From assembly GCA_000934665.2 (NCBI GenBank), contig KZ538552.1, positions 1-63,696 of the forward strand: a stretch of DNA of 63,696 nucleotides, written 5' to 3'. This stretch comes from Catajapyx aquilonaris (Eukaryota). Each line of letters begins with the position of its first letter. Positions within the stretch are counted from its first letter, which is position 1. Both the position numbers and the translations under genes were made by a program. Shown piece by piece: positions 20,879-32,146 of the stretch. The notes beneath the pieces are model-generated. The model was not told the DNA's origin. It saw nothing but the letters and a program-made list of their open reading frames with translations, and made no database searches.

Positions 20879-21712
20879 CTAAGCATGGAAAGACTTGTAA
20901 GCTGACGGGTCATCATAGTAGTCCACATGCTCTCCTGGCTTAAACTTCCCTTCCTCCAAAACCTTGATCAACTTCTGAGCCGTCATGGACGGCGTGGCCA
21001 ACACCCCCTTCTCGGTAGTTTCCTTCGCCACCTTCTTGGCATCCGCCCCTACACCCGTCATAAACTTGTTAAACAACTGCGTCCCCACCACCCCTGGCGC
21101 GTAACACAGGACAGTCATACTGGGCTCCTCCAAAGCCAGAGTCTGGAACATCATGTCCCGGGCCCCTTTGACAGTGCAGTACAGGCTGGTCATAGGAATA
21201 GGCTGGAGACCAGCCTGTGCGCTGATCTGCACCACAGTCCTCTTCGCCACCGCCTCCTTGGTGAACACCTTCAAGAACTGCGTGTTCAGGCAAATGGTCG
21301 AGAAGAGGTTGCTGGTAAAAAACCGTGTCATTCCTTCCAAATCCTCCTGCTGCGAGACCGGAACTTTGGTCTCTTCCATGTGTCCAGCGTTGTGCACGAT
21401 CATTACGTGGTCGTAATCGGAGGCTTGGCATCCCAGTTCTTGGAGACAGTCGGTGAAAATTCGAAGGTACCGCTCATTGTTACCGGTGGTCAAATCGATT
21501 GGAGCGGTCTTCACCTTGATCTCAGGTGAAGCCTTTTCTACCTGGGTCTTGGTGTCGCTGAGACCCTCGATGCTTCTGGCCAGTAGAAGCATGGCGGAAT
21601 CTTTCTTCATCACTTTGGATACTTCGATGGCGATACCCTGGCCGATGCCACGGCTGGCGCCCACCACAGCGGTGAACATGCGCCCTTCCCAGAATGATGA
21701 ATCTTTCGGCAT
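20879..21712 (-). CDS. SPR: Sepiapterin reductase-like SDR, paralogue 5 (277 aa, intronless CDS)
   Basis: VGASRGIG, HNAG, QISA...LYCTVKGARD, LEEP..YAPG, PGEHVDYYD; acceptor tgtttcag ends at 21765. Confidence 0.92.
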   Translation of the reverse strand: MPKDSSFWEGRMFTAVVGASRGIGQGIAIEVSKVMKKDSAMLLLARSIEGLSDTKTQVEKASPEIKVKTAPIDLTTGNNERYLRIFTDCLQELGCQASDYDHVMIVHNAGHMEETKVPVSQQEDLEGMTRFFTSNLFSTICLNTQFLKVFTKEAVAKRTVVQISAQAGLQPIPMTSLYCTVKGARDMMFQTLALEEPSMTVLCYAPGVVGTQLFNKFMTGVGADAKKVAKETTEKGVLATPSMTAQKLIKVLEEGKFKPGEHVDYYDDPSAYKSFHA

Positions 21713-24700
21713 GATTGATGCTTTCGATAAGACCTTGCTCTTTCCGCACCCTATTTTTGCGCTCCTGAAACATTTACGAGAATTTGAACTGATGTAAATC
21801 CAGCGATTTTAGTTGTATTGTAACTGAGACTTGCCCGTGAAATTTTCAATCAGATTCTGAGAAACTGCTACGTATTCAATAGGCTGAATAACATGTTAGG
21901 TGACAAAAATGCAAGGCCTAATTAGCATTTGTAACATTTTCCACGAATTCATTGAATTACTGTCTACGTACAGCAAAAGGAAAAAAAAACAGTGCCTTAC
22001 CAAAAGTTCCAAACGAATGTCCAGGCCTTTCTCCGAGAGAGTTCTGACTACATATGCCCTTGTAATTTTTTTTCTCCCCAGGTCTCCAACAGTTTCCGAT
22101 ATGCATTGATTATGCAACTTTACTACCTGTCCAAGGACACCATGATCAATGCTGCATACTGACGAAGCCGTCATTTATCACCTTCCTGCTGATATTACGA
22201 TCACGTCTCGAGCTCCCCCCCAAATTATCATCCAGTATCAATTACCAATGGCGACATGATATCAGATTCCCTTTGCAGTTTTACCGCCGTGTGTTTGTGA
22301 TGACGTATCCGTGTTGCTATCGTGACACCTCAGGTGTGACCTCTCGGATGAAACACCCTAAGTTTGCACGGCATCTGTTGGTATCCATCCAAACCTGCTC
22401 ATCAGTTGTATTGTCACCACACCTTGCGCGAATATGCAGAACTATATATTCTTGGTTTCTGATTCCAATAATGACGAACATTAGAGCATATGAATCTCAG
22501 AATTCTCAGGTCCTATCCTGAAGAGCTCTCTACCGTCAATATTGAAGGGAGGTTGTGAGGTGGCAGGTGATAGATTTGGACGGATTGGCCCTCCTCACCT
22601 GGCACAGACCTTTCCTCCGATGATTTATCACCGTCGGGGGCAAGCCAGGTTTGGAGGGGGCAGCCAAGAAAAAGCGAGCCCTGAGGGTTGACACATGACT
22701 GACAGCCTCCTATATGCGAGTCTCTCCCACACAACCAAATGTTAAGTCATGACAGTGCCTGGCCCCCTTCTCTACAAAGGATCGGTGTGTCGGTGGGATT
22801 GGATACAAAAATGGTTTAATAAGATTTTGCTCTATAGTCCTGGACCTACCAGTGTGTTCTAGGAAGGGATATTAAGCTGTCAAGATATACAGGGGGTGAC
22901 ATGGATGCTGATATTTTTTGAGGTTTTTAGAGCCTACTAATGTCACTTGTGATAGGTCATTCAGGAACACCCAACACCCGTAGTATCAGCTACGGGTTTT
23001 CGGCCTGCAAAGTGTAGTCCCAGCCCATCTCTGTTTTCCCACGTATATAGAGATACCAGTAGCACCGAATAGGGTGCTAAAATGGGCAATAGGACATTCT
23101 AAGCACTCTCGTGCGTTTCCCATGGAAATTGAAGGCTGCATCTGAAAAGGGCCTCATTCCACTAAACACTGAATGCAACTGAATGGAGATAATAATTAAT
23201 GAGAAACTGGTTTGAAATTGCACCATTCCCACTACGACCCGAAACTTGTAAAATTCATATGAAGTAGTACTTAGTCTATTTAACAGTTGATAAAAACTCA
23301 AGGGCAAAGGTTCTCAGGTATAGGCTACGTGTCGATACCATTTTAATAACCCATTCTTAAATATGAACAATTTTTTCTACACGTACAGTAACTTCAACAA
23401 GTGCCCTGCACATTTATCTTGACGTCATCCGACAATGTGCATTTTCCTAGTTATTACCAATGGTGATCCCCCGAATATGTATAAACACATCAAAACCGTG
23501 ACTTCCACAGTCCCTCTGAAAATCACAACTTTCTATACGAAAGCCAACATCGACTCCTATTTCTTGATAAAAATTATAGTTCTTAGAGTCACAATAAAAC
23601 TAAACAACCCCCCATGAATCCTTCTTACCAGGAACCGTGCACCTGCTAATCCCTCCGGTTCATGACTTAATCCGCACGCGACTTTATCCCCTCCTAACTT
23701 TATTATCATCTCCTAACAGGTACCATTCCACTTAACGGTTATTGTTACGGGGTAGAGCAACTCCTTCCTTTGCTTCCGGTACCGGTACTCTCGAGAAAGT
23801 AGCCGCTCATTTAGTTCCTTCAAGAACGAGGTTTAATAGCACCAAATATTGTATTCCAAAACTTATGTAGTAGATACGATCGCTCGTTATTACAGCTCAT
23901 TACTAATGAACAGCAGAGTATAACCCGCCAAGGTGGTCTAGGACAAACTATATGAACCGGAGAGGAATTATTGATATTGTCAGGCAACAAAGTAATAAAA
24001 GAAAATATGCTGTCACTGCACTTGTCATAATATATACCTTTTATTGCAGGTAACCAACAAAGCCTAGTTTGCAAAGGTCGATACGGTTTGAATTTATTAG
24101 CCTCCACAGGAGTGGAAGTGAAACATTAAAAGTGGCTACTTTTTGAATGTGGTATTTTGCGTTGTCAAGTGCGTCCACCCCGCCCACTAATTTGTAGCAT
24201 AACGTGTCTTGAAGGTAAGAAGAGCTCCGGCAACATCTGACAACTGCGTAGAAAATTCCCCTCCGGGTGGTCCTTTCCCTTTGGTTTCGGCAGTCGTCTT
24301 TTATGTTCCCTAGTCTTGTTTTTACTTTCTGTCTGGATAACACAGCAGAAAAAAAACCCCCAAAATCTTTTACTACATAATTATCCCAAAGCTATTCATG
24401 TATTCAAGGACTCGAGTATTTGCACTACTCAGCGGATAAGGTCGGTGGCCATAATTCACTCACGTTGCATGACTCTTTACCAATGGTTATTTTTGTAGAG
24501 GCGTCTCAATCGGAGCAGGGTACAATCGGCATTTCTCAAAAAGCTGATGAGAAACATCACTGGCACGCAACATTTGGCCAGGAAACGGGTGATTTTTGCC
24601 CCCGTGATTTGTGAGGCTAACTTTTGCTGTCCCTTTTGTGAATTGGATTCACTTCTCAACCANNNNNNNNNNNNNNNNNNNNNNNCCCCCCCCCCCCCCC

Positions 24701-25060
24701 CACCCCCCCGCACTTTTTTTTCCCTAGAGAAACGAAACTTTAAACATAAGGATTTGTGACAGGTGGTAGGCACGGAATCACATGCAAGGGAATTGATATA
24801 GCCCCAGATATAAACATGGTATAGAGTCGTTGGGCAAGAAGGGAGTTCCACGATTGTTACCCTCCCCTTTCCGGCCATTCCCACCAATTTGGTTCTTTTG
24901 TTTCATGTAGCACACTTCCTGAGCTGGTTGGCCATGCAGGGCAATTCGAAAAAGTCCAGCAATATTCTCCTACAACATAGGCAGCCAACGAGACATCAGC
25001 AATTTCTGCTGGAGGAAGAAAGAAAAGGTGATCAGGTCTTGACTAAGGTCTGGGGACGGA

Positions 25061-25289
25061 AGTCTGTGGTTTTACTGTAGCTGTGGGGACCAGTTCCAAT
25101 TGTGGGGACATTTGTCGGTCCCCACAGTCTCACACACGCGAAGTGTACCATTACAGTGGGGACATGTGTAAATTAGTGGGGACATGTCCCCACTATTTTC
25201 ATTTGTAGGTTTTCACAAAAGTCCATTTTTCTCAGCCTAGGTTACTTAGGGTAGGGTAGGTTAGGTAGGATAGGTTAGGTAAGGTTAGG
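25061..25289 (+). repeat. Repeat end with GTGGGGAC motifs and a degenerate (TTAGG/GTAGG)n tract, ending at an N
   Basis: Several gtggggac/gtccccac copies, then ttagggtagggtaggttaggtaggataggttaggtaaggttagg. Confidence 0.6.
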
Positions 25290-27826
25290 NCCGTTTCAAC
25301 CACCCCCTAACCGCCCCCTACGACACGTCTGTCTCTTTCTCCTTATTCATAACTTGATGGAAAATTTCGGGAGCCGGGAGATCCTACGGGCTTTGATTTT
25401 CTCACCATCTCCATCGGAGACTTAAGAAAATGGACACCGGGATTTGCAGAGTAACGCCAGAAAATGCTTCAAATCGATTGAAAGGCTCACGTTTTGCGAC
25501 TCGTATAACAAAGGAGCAGAAAATGACATTGGCTGACTCTATGACATCATGGACTATAAGACGACAGAATTTATGCGCAATATAAACTGAAAATTATGTA
25601 TACATTCGGGCTACTCCGAACTTCCCAATTTATTGGTATTGAGTATATCACATACGCAGGTACTGCACATGCGTACTAATTTATTAGAGTATCCTCAGCA
25701 GAATAATCCACCCAGCTTATGGGCAACTAAATATCTCCATTTGTTTCACTGGCTCCAAACAATACTTCCCGAAACGCCTCTATGGACCTAAGTGGATGTT
25801 GAGAATCATCCTTTGGCGCTAAATCATCAGCATTATGAGGACTCCCCCCCCCCCTTTCNCCCCCCCCCCTTTCCTCTTCCCCCTGAAGCGCCGCCTTATT
25901 AATTTAATTGCTTGCTCAGGCATTGAGGGAATTACCGGTAATGATTTAACGAGCGTGACGTCACGACAGGGAGCACCAATGGAATGGACAGGAAATTGAT
26001 TAGCAAGGGATAAAAAGAGCGCTTTTCTACCCCCAAAGTTCCTGTTCCTTCATGGGAATTGAACGCGTCACAATTGACTGACTGTCAGCAGGTGAATAAT
26101 AATAAAAAAATCTTGCTTTTACACCAAGTACCAAAAAAATTTCTACTTGGATGCGAAACGACAGGAAATGAATATCCTGACCTGTCATTAAGTTTTGTCA
26201 ACTTCAACTCTGGTGGCAGTTTGTGGGCATACAAAAAAAAGAAAGAAGTTAAACTCAGTTTGAAACAAGAGGCGCTTCTCTCCTTTCAAGTTCGGAATTC
26301 GCCAAAGTTTAATTAGAAAGTTAGGCGCCTTCGGCATGGCGACTAGGCGATAGGTGCGCTTCCTTCCCCCTTCTAAGGAATTCCAAGAGATTGCTCCAAA
26401 CTGCACATATGTTAGAAAAGAGACTAAAAATTCAGTGTACAGTGGGACTCGTGACAAGTTTAGTGCTGCGTGACAAGAGTTGCTGTCTGACTCCTCCGTG
26501 GGAAGTCGAAGGTCTTTTTGGCCCTTTCTAGCCCCCCCCCCTCCCCCACAAGGTCGTTCAACCTCCTCCAGCCCCCACCTCCCACAAATTAATGACTGGA
26601 GGNCCCCCCCCCCCCCTCCCCCACAAGGTCGTTCAACCTCCTCCAGCCCCCACCTCCCACAAATTAATGACTGGAGGATGAGAGAGGCTTGAGACTAACG
26701 GGAGTAAACCGTTCGTTCCACACCTGCTAGATGCTATGCTACTATGTGCTTCATGTTTGCATCAGCCCTATAAGAGCATCCCTTCCAAAGACTTGGAACA
26801 CCCAATACTTCAGATTTGCTTTAAAAAAAAATATTAACTTAAAATTCTTGTACATTTCCGCAATAATTTTATTTAAAACAAATAATTTTTGAACATGTCA
26901 TTATAAGTATCAGGTGCACTCTTTGGGTGGGGGGGGGGGGGTTGATATTAGAGCACCTTTTTGTTTGGCTATCTCCTTACTTTTTTGGCATACTTTCCCC
27001 TCCATGATTGGCGTACTTTTTTTGGATTCAACGAGGCATAAGTCTGATCCACTACTTTCTACCTTACCTTACAAAAAAGGTGTGGGAAAGCAGAGTCCTT
27101 GACTAGAACGAGTTGTGTTCAAAAAAAAAAAAAAAAAGGTCGTATAAAAAAATCCAAGAGCGAATCACGATCACGGGAGGGGTGGATATCCCTTGGGGCG
27201 CCGCCGATGCTTCCATTATGCATGCCATTACCCTACATTATGCCCATCTTGGCCAGGGTACATTTTGGATTGTGCTAGTCACTCACCAAGCACCAGCAGA
27301 CAGCCACGCAACCCTCAGGCTAAGAGGAGAAGCGTTCACATACCTGTGAAAAGAAAATGGAACCGTAAAGACAGTCACTGCAACGCAAAAAGAAAGCGAC
27401 AAAATCCTTTCCAACGGCTCTTTCCCAGAGGGTCAGGAAAAGAATGTTGCTGCTAATAACTATTGCTGTGCACCTACATTTAAGCCATGTTACCTCGACA
27501 CTAATGGCTGCAGGTTTTGTGGCTGCCCACATACAGGGTGTGCATAAAGAAACAACGCGATTTGAATTAGGCGCAGTTAATCATTTTGCATCGCTAGATT
27601 ATGCATGGACTCTCAGGTAGCATGCAGTTTCAACTTTTCTGGCTCAAGATCATCTCTCAGGGTGCTAAGTACTCAACTGTATCGACGAATTACAAAAATA
27701 TATATCAAATTGTTTAATATAACTGTACAAAAATTGCAAATAATATCACTAAAAATGCAAATATTTATCAATATGCAACATTCTATGGCCACCTGATATA
27801 TGCCCCTTGTTAGTAACACTTCGCAC

Positions 27827-27843
27827 TGTGTGTGTGTGTGTGT
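27827..27843 (+). repeat. (TG)n microsatellite
   Basis: Read directly. Confidence 0.8.
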
Positions 27844-30800
27844 ATGATCTGGTATGTGCCTCAGCCCACATAATACAGCCGAGTCAAGTGGGGATTCGAC
27901 TAACAATATCACGAGTGGAGATAATATCTAAATTGTACCAAATGCCAAAATCGTGCTTTTGAATAATTCAATTTCGTGCCCCTGGTTTACCAACAAGGGA
28001 ATGAATATTTCTCGTTACCCTTCGCCTTGAACACAGTGTTGAGGCCTGGAGGGCAAACTACCCAAAATTCGAGCGAGACTAAAGGTGTGCAAAATCAGCC
28101 CTTTGACAAACCATAAAGGGCTTCCAACAGGCAGGACCTTCTTTTCCGCAGCATTTTTTTATTTTTGTAGTAGCCCCCCCTTGTTATGAATCCAGCATAT
28201 TTCTCCTGTCAGTGATACTCATATGGACTTTCATAATAATTGGGTTTACCCACATGGGGTACATGCCCTGTGGGAGTTTCGACCTCCGTCGTGATTGCAC
28301 ACTAATGCCAGTTTTGGCATGGGAACCATGTAATCTGGAGGAATTTATTCAGATTTTTGTATATAACCCCAGTCAGGCTAGTTTTCTAGACAGGAAACAG
28401 CGAATTGCCAATACTTTTCTTCTACCAGCCCTGTGGTCCCCTGAAGGATTTTTTTTTTGAAAAAAAAAGGGTCAAAAGCGGCAACGGTGGAGGAGCCCCA
28501 CCAAGTTCTCTTTTTGTAGCTTCCGTCCGGCAGAAGTCCTTGCATTCCGACCAGGAAAGCAGCCCGAAGGCTAAAAATGAGTTGGAAAAAAAAATTCCAT
28601 GATCAACTCTACCAAACTGATCATTAACCATTCGGTATCGTACAGCCGGCAGGTAATTCGTGAACAACAGCCCGAATTTCGCAAATCCACCACCACATGG
28701 GGGCCAAGCACACAAGGTGTCAAAGAAACAAGACCGATTATTGACCCACCCTTGTTGGTTTATTTGTACACACCCTATACCATGTATGTGTGTAGCATTA
28801 ATCTAATTCTCTCCACTTTCCATATATCCATGGGACACTGATGATGAATTGCCTATGTCGCCACTCATCCCCAAACTCCCCCTATTTTAATTGGATAGGT
28901 AATAATGCCTTGGAAACCTTCCCCGAGAAGAGTTATTGCTTGCCGGAGACTTATTTCCCCGCGACCACCCACAATAACTTATTTATTACACGAGGAGGGG
29001 GAAAGACCGGGTTATTGAAGTCTATAGGCCACCCAAGATATATCGATTGCTGGTCTTTCTCGACTTCAAGAATTTTCCCCCTTTTTTGGGGGAAGGGAGT
29101 GCTTATGTCTCACTTCGTGACCTTTTTATGTACAACACGCGTCGAGAGTGATGAAAACAAAGTTCATTTGCCCGTGTATGTTGTTGACCCCGTGCTAACG
29201 GAGCGACCTTTTTTTTTCCTGATAAGAACTAAGTGAGAACTCCAAGTTCGAAATGGGTCTCACGATATGAACTGCAAGTGGAGAGCGCTATATCATAATA
29301 TGATTAGTGTTCTTCAGTCCTGAATACTAAATGAATCAAAATGCGCCAGATTTTCAATATTAACATAAGATAGTCGATCAGTCAAAAAAAAAATTTACTA
29401 AAATTTTAGCATTGAAAATATATGAATATTCTGGCTTAGAATGCAAAACTTTTAGAGGAAACATGCAGCTAAAAGAACCGCAAGTTTTTTGCTGACCCAA
29501 CTTTTTAGCAGTAAGGCTTGAAAATTTTCTCCTGATAATTTTGAGGAAGATCTCTCCAATGGCTTCCATACCAAAGTCCTGACGGGTTAGTTTTCCAGAG
29601 CGGAAGTTCGCTAAACTCCTTAAATGCGGCTAATGAACGTTAATTGCCCTTCCGCCAACCATACCATGACCGATTAGACAAAAACCGCCTTTTTATCCTT
29701 TTATTTCTCTAGCCATCGCTACCCTAGCAATAAAACTCGGCACGTTTGATGAGGTCAGAATCGAAACCAAACTCAAGCCCTTAAAATATGACCAGATCTA
29801 GTTCACACCGAACCTGCTAGTAACAGCTATTTTTACAGAAAATAATATAAAACTGTCAAAAATTGCTAAGTAACCTTATAGATGAGTCGGGTCTCAGGAG
29901 GATATATTAAATGTTGGAAATGACTACACGTTTTCACTATGACGATTTGGGTAAATCTCCAATTTTGTATACAAGATGTTCCAATGGAAATTATCTTAGT
30001 GGTGACACTTTGGCACTAAGCTGCTTATTTTAAGCAGCTACTTTTGTATAGTTACTTTTTATTCGCTGCCAATATTAGGTTGTATGGATCCATCCTCCTC
30101 CTTCTTCAATGACAGTAACAATATTTCTCCACTTCCAATACCCCCATAATAGCCTTTCAGAATTCATATTTTTCCGGACTAAATCCTCAGTCCGAATCCA
30201 GCTTGGTCCGGTATTGAAAAACCAGATGGTCCAGCCAACATGGGCGATGACAGGTGGCTCCTATTCCCCTTTCCCCGCACCCCAGGTCCCAAAAAGTGAC
30301 CACAAAGGAATTATGCTCTTCCTTCCAGCACCTGCTCCAAAAGAAGCCCATAACCGCCATCTGCAGGCTTTTTTTTTTTTTTTTTTTTTTTTTTTNTCCC
30401 CACATTTAAAGGCAAAAGCCAGCAAAAATCCTTATAGTACAGGTGTAGTGTAATTAACCCTGGTGCAGTGGCCGTCTAAGGAAACAGTTGTCAGTGGCTG
30501 ATGACGGAAGAGGCGGCGGAACAGGCAAAGAGGCCGCTAGAAATTGGCGGCCCCCAAGCCCCCCAACCATCTTCCCCGCCAGAAAATGTGCAGGTGTACA
30601 GGCAGCCACAAGAAGCAATCAGTCCAGCTCCGCCAGCTGGCAAATCCACCTTCCTTTTGTTCTCCCCACCATCTTGTCTAGATTAGGAGAATAGACCCCC
30701 CCTGACACTATAAAAAAAAAATGGTGGTAAAAAAATATATATCGGACGTCACTCTTTGCCTGGTCTGGTCTAATTTACGTCGACAGCTAAAACATCGGTT

Positions 30801-32019
30801 GCGTTTTCTTTGGATCTCTAGGCTCTTTGCCATCCCTTTGATCGGATTTTTCAACCTGCCCCCCCNCCCCCCTTTTCAGTTACGGATGCCATCTTCTTGT
30901 CTAGGAAGGTTTCCTTTAACGGTTTGCGAGACATGGGTACCGATCGCTTTTTGCGCTTGACTTATCGCTTCTTGCTTGACTCTGACGGCCGCTTGATCAC
31001 ATAGGGAGGAGTTTTACAGTTGCGGGATACGATGCATGCTATTTCGAACGTTCAAAGCTAACGTTTTGGTTGGCAATGAGAATTGTACGCATCCCCCACA
31101 GAAGGTTGTCGTTGTTTAGAACGTTGTGAGCATGTGTTTGCAACGTGATTAATCGATTTTCATTTTCGTGGTGTATCGATATTCTTGGGTCACGTCCTGA
31201 GCCACATGACTTCTATACTTCTCCACTTTATTATTCGTGTACTCTATACATTGCAACCGGCCCTTACATCAGCCAACCTTTACACTGTGCTAATCATAGT
31301 GTTTTTGAGCTTATCGGGCATGTGCTGATTGAAAATATGACCTAAAGCACATTTTTCGCAGGCCGATGTTTCTGTAATCAGTGTTTTGCATTACATAACG
31401 GGCTTGTTGTGCGAGGAAGTTCAAGTAGCACATCGCAACAAGGTTCGATATCTTGTGGCGTACTATATGCTTTACATAACGCATATGATTGTTTGATAAA
31501 CCCTCACAATTTAGCACCAGATTTGTTGAGATCTGTCATTGGAAATATAACGTTGGGTGTGTAGAATTCCACATTTAAAACAGAAAACAGCGTCAGGAAA
31601 ACAGTGGCAATAACATCGCAAATACCAGAATTATTGTTTATGGCCTGGTTTTTCAGGTTGTATTCAATTAGTATGACATCATGGTGTGACTCCAGTGTGA
31701 AGTCATTAATGCATGAGGGTATATTTCCTTATGCAGATAGTGGACTATATTGTCAGAAGCAAAAGCAGCAAGTTATGCGTTTTGAGAACAGGTCAACGTG
31801 AAATTATCCAGATAAAATTTTTAATAATAGAAACTACAGTATTCTAGATATTTCACAACAATTGCAGGGTTTAATTTATATGAAGGACACGCCTGAAATA
31901 TGAAAATTTTAATCACATCTTAATATCTTATATGTGGAAGAAGCACACTGATGGTTAACAGGAGAAGACAGCCTGTGAATCTCCTGGTGACATCTTTATG
32001 GTGGGAAATGATTCACATA

Positions 32020-32146
32020 TGCCTGGTTGCACCAACAAAATTACCGGTCCGATAGCTCCTAATGGACAGATAGGTAGACCTTTTAACATGTGCTATCGGT
32101 CCGTTAGGAGCTATCGGACCGGTAACTTTGTTGGTGCAACCAGGCA
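32020..32146. mobile_element. Short palindromic MITE (~53-bp arms)
   Basis: tgcctggttgcaccaacaaaattaccggtccgatagctcctaatggacagatag mirrored by ctatcggtccgttaggagctatcggaccggtaactttgttggtgcaaccaggca. Confidence 0.8.

Noticed and set aside
20927..21529. 200-aa plus-strand ORF (and similar ones opposite the other SPR and RhoU exons)
   Set aside because: Antisense shadows of real CDS with no recognisable homology.
26532..26677. ~70-bp direct repeat separated by a single N (similar cases near 25859 and 30867)
   Set aside because: Typical unmerged contig overlap at a poly-C tract; assembly artefact.
28364..29589. Possible piggyBac-like element (taacccc/agtcagg ... cctgacgggtta)
   Set aside because: TIR match is too short and imperfect, with no clean TTAA duplication.
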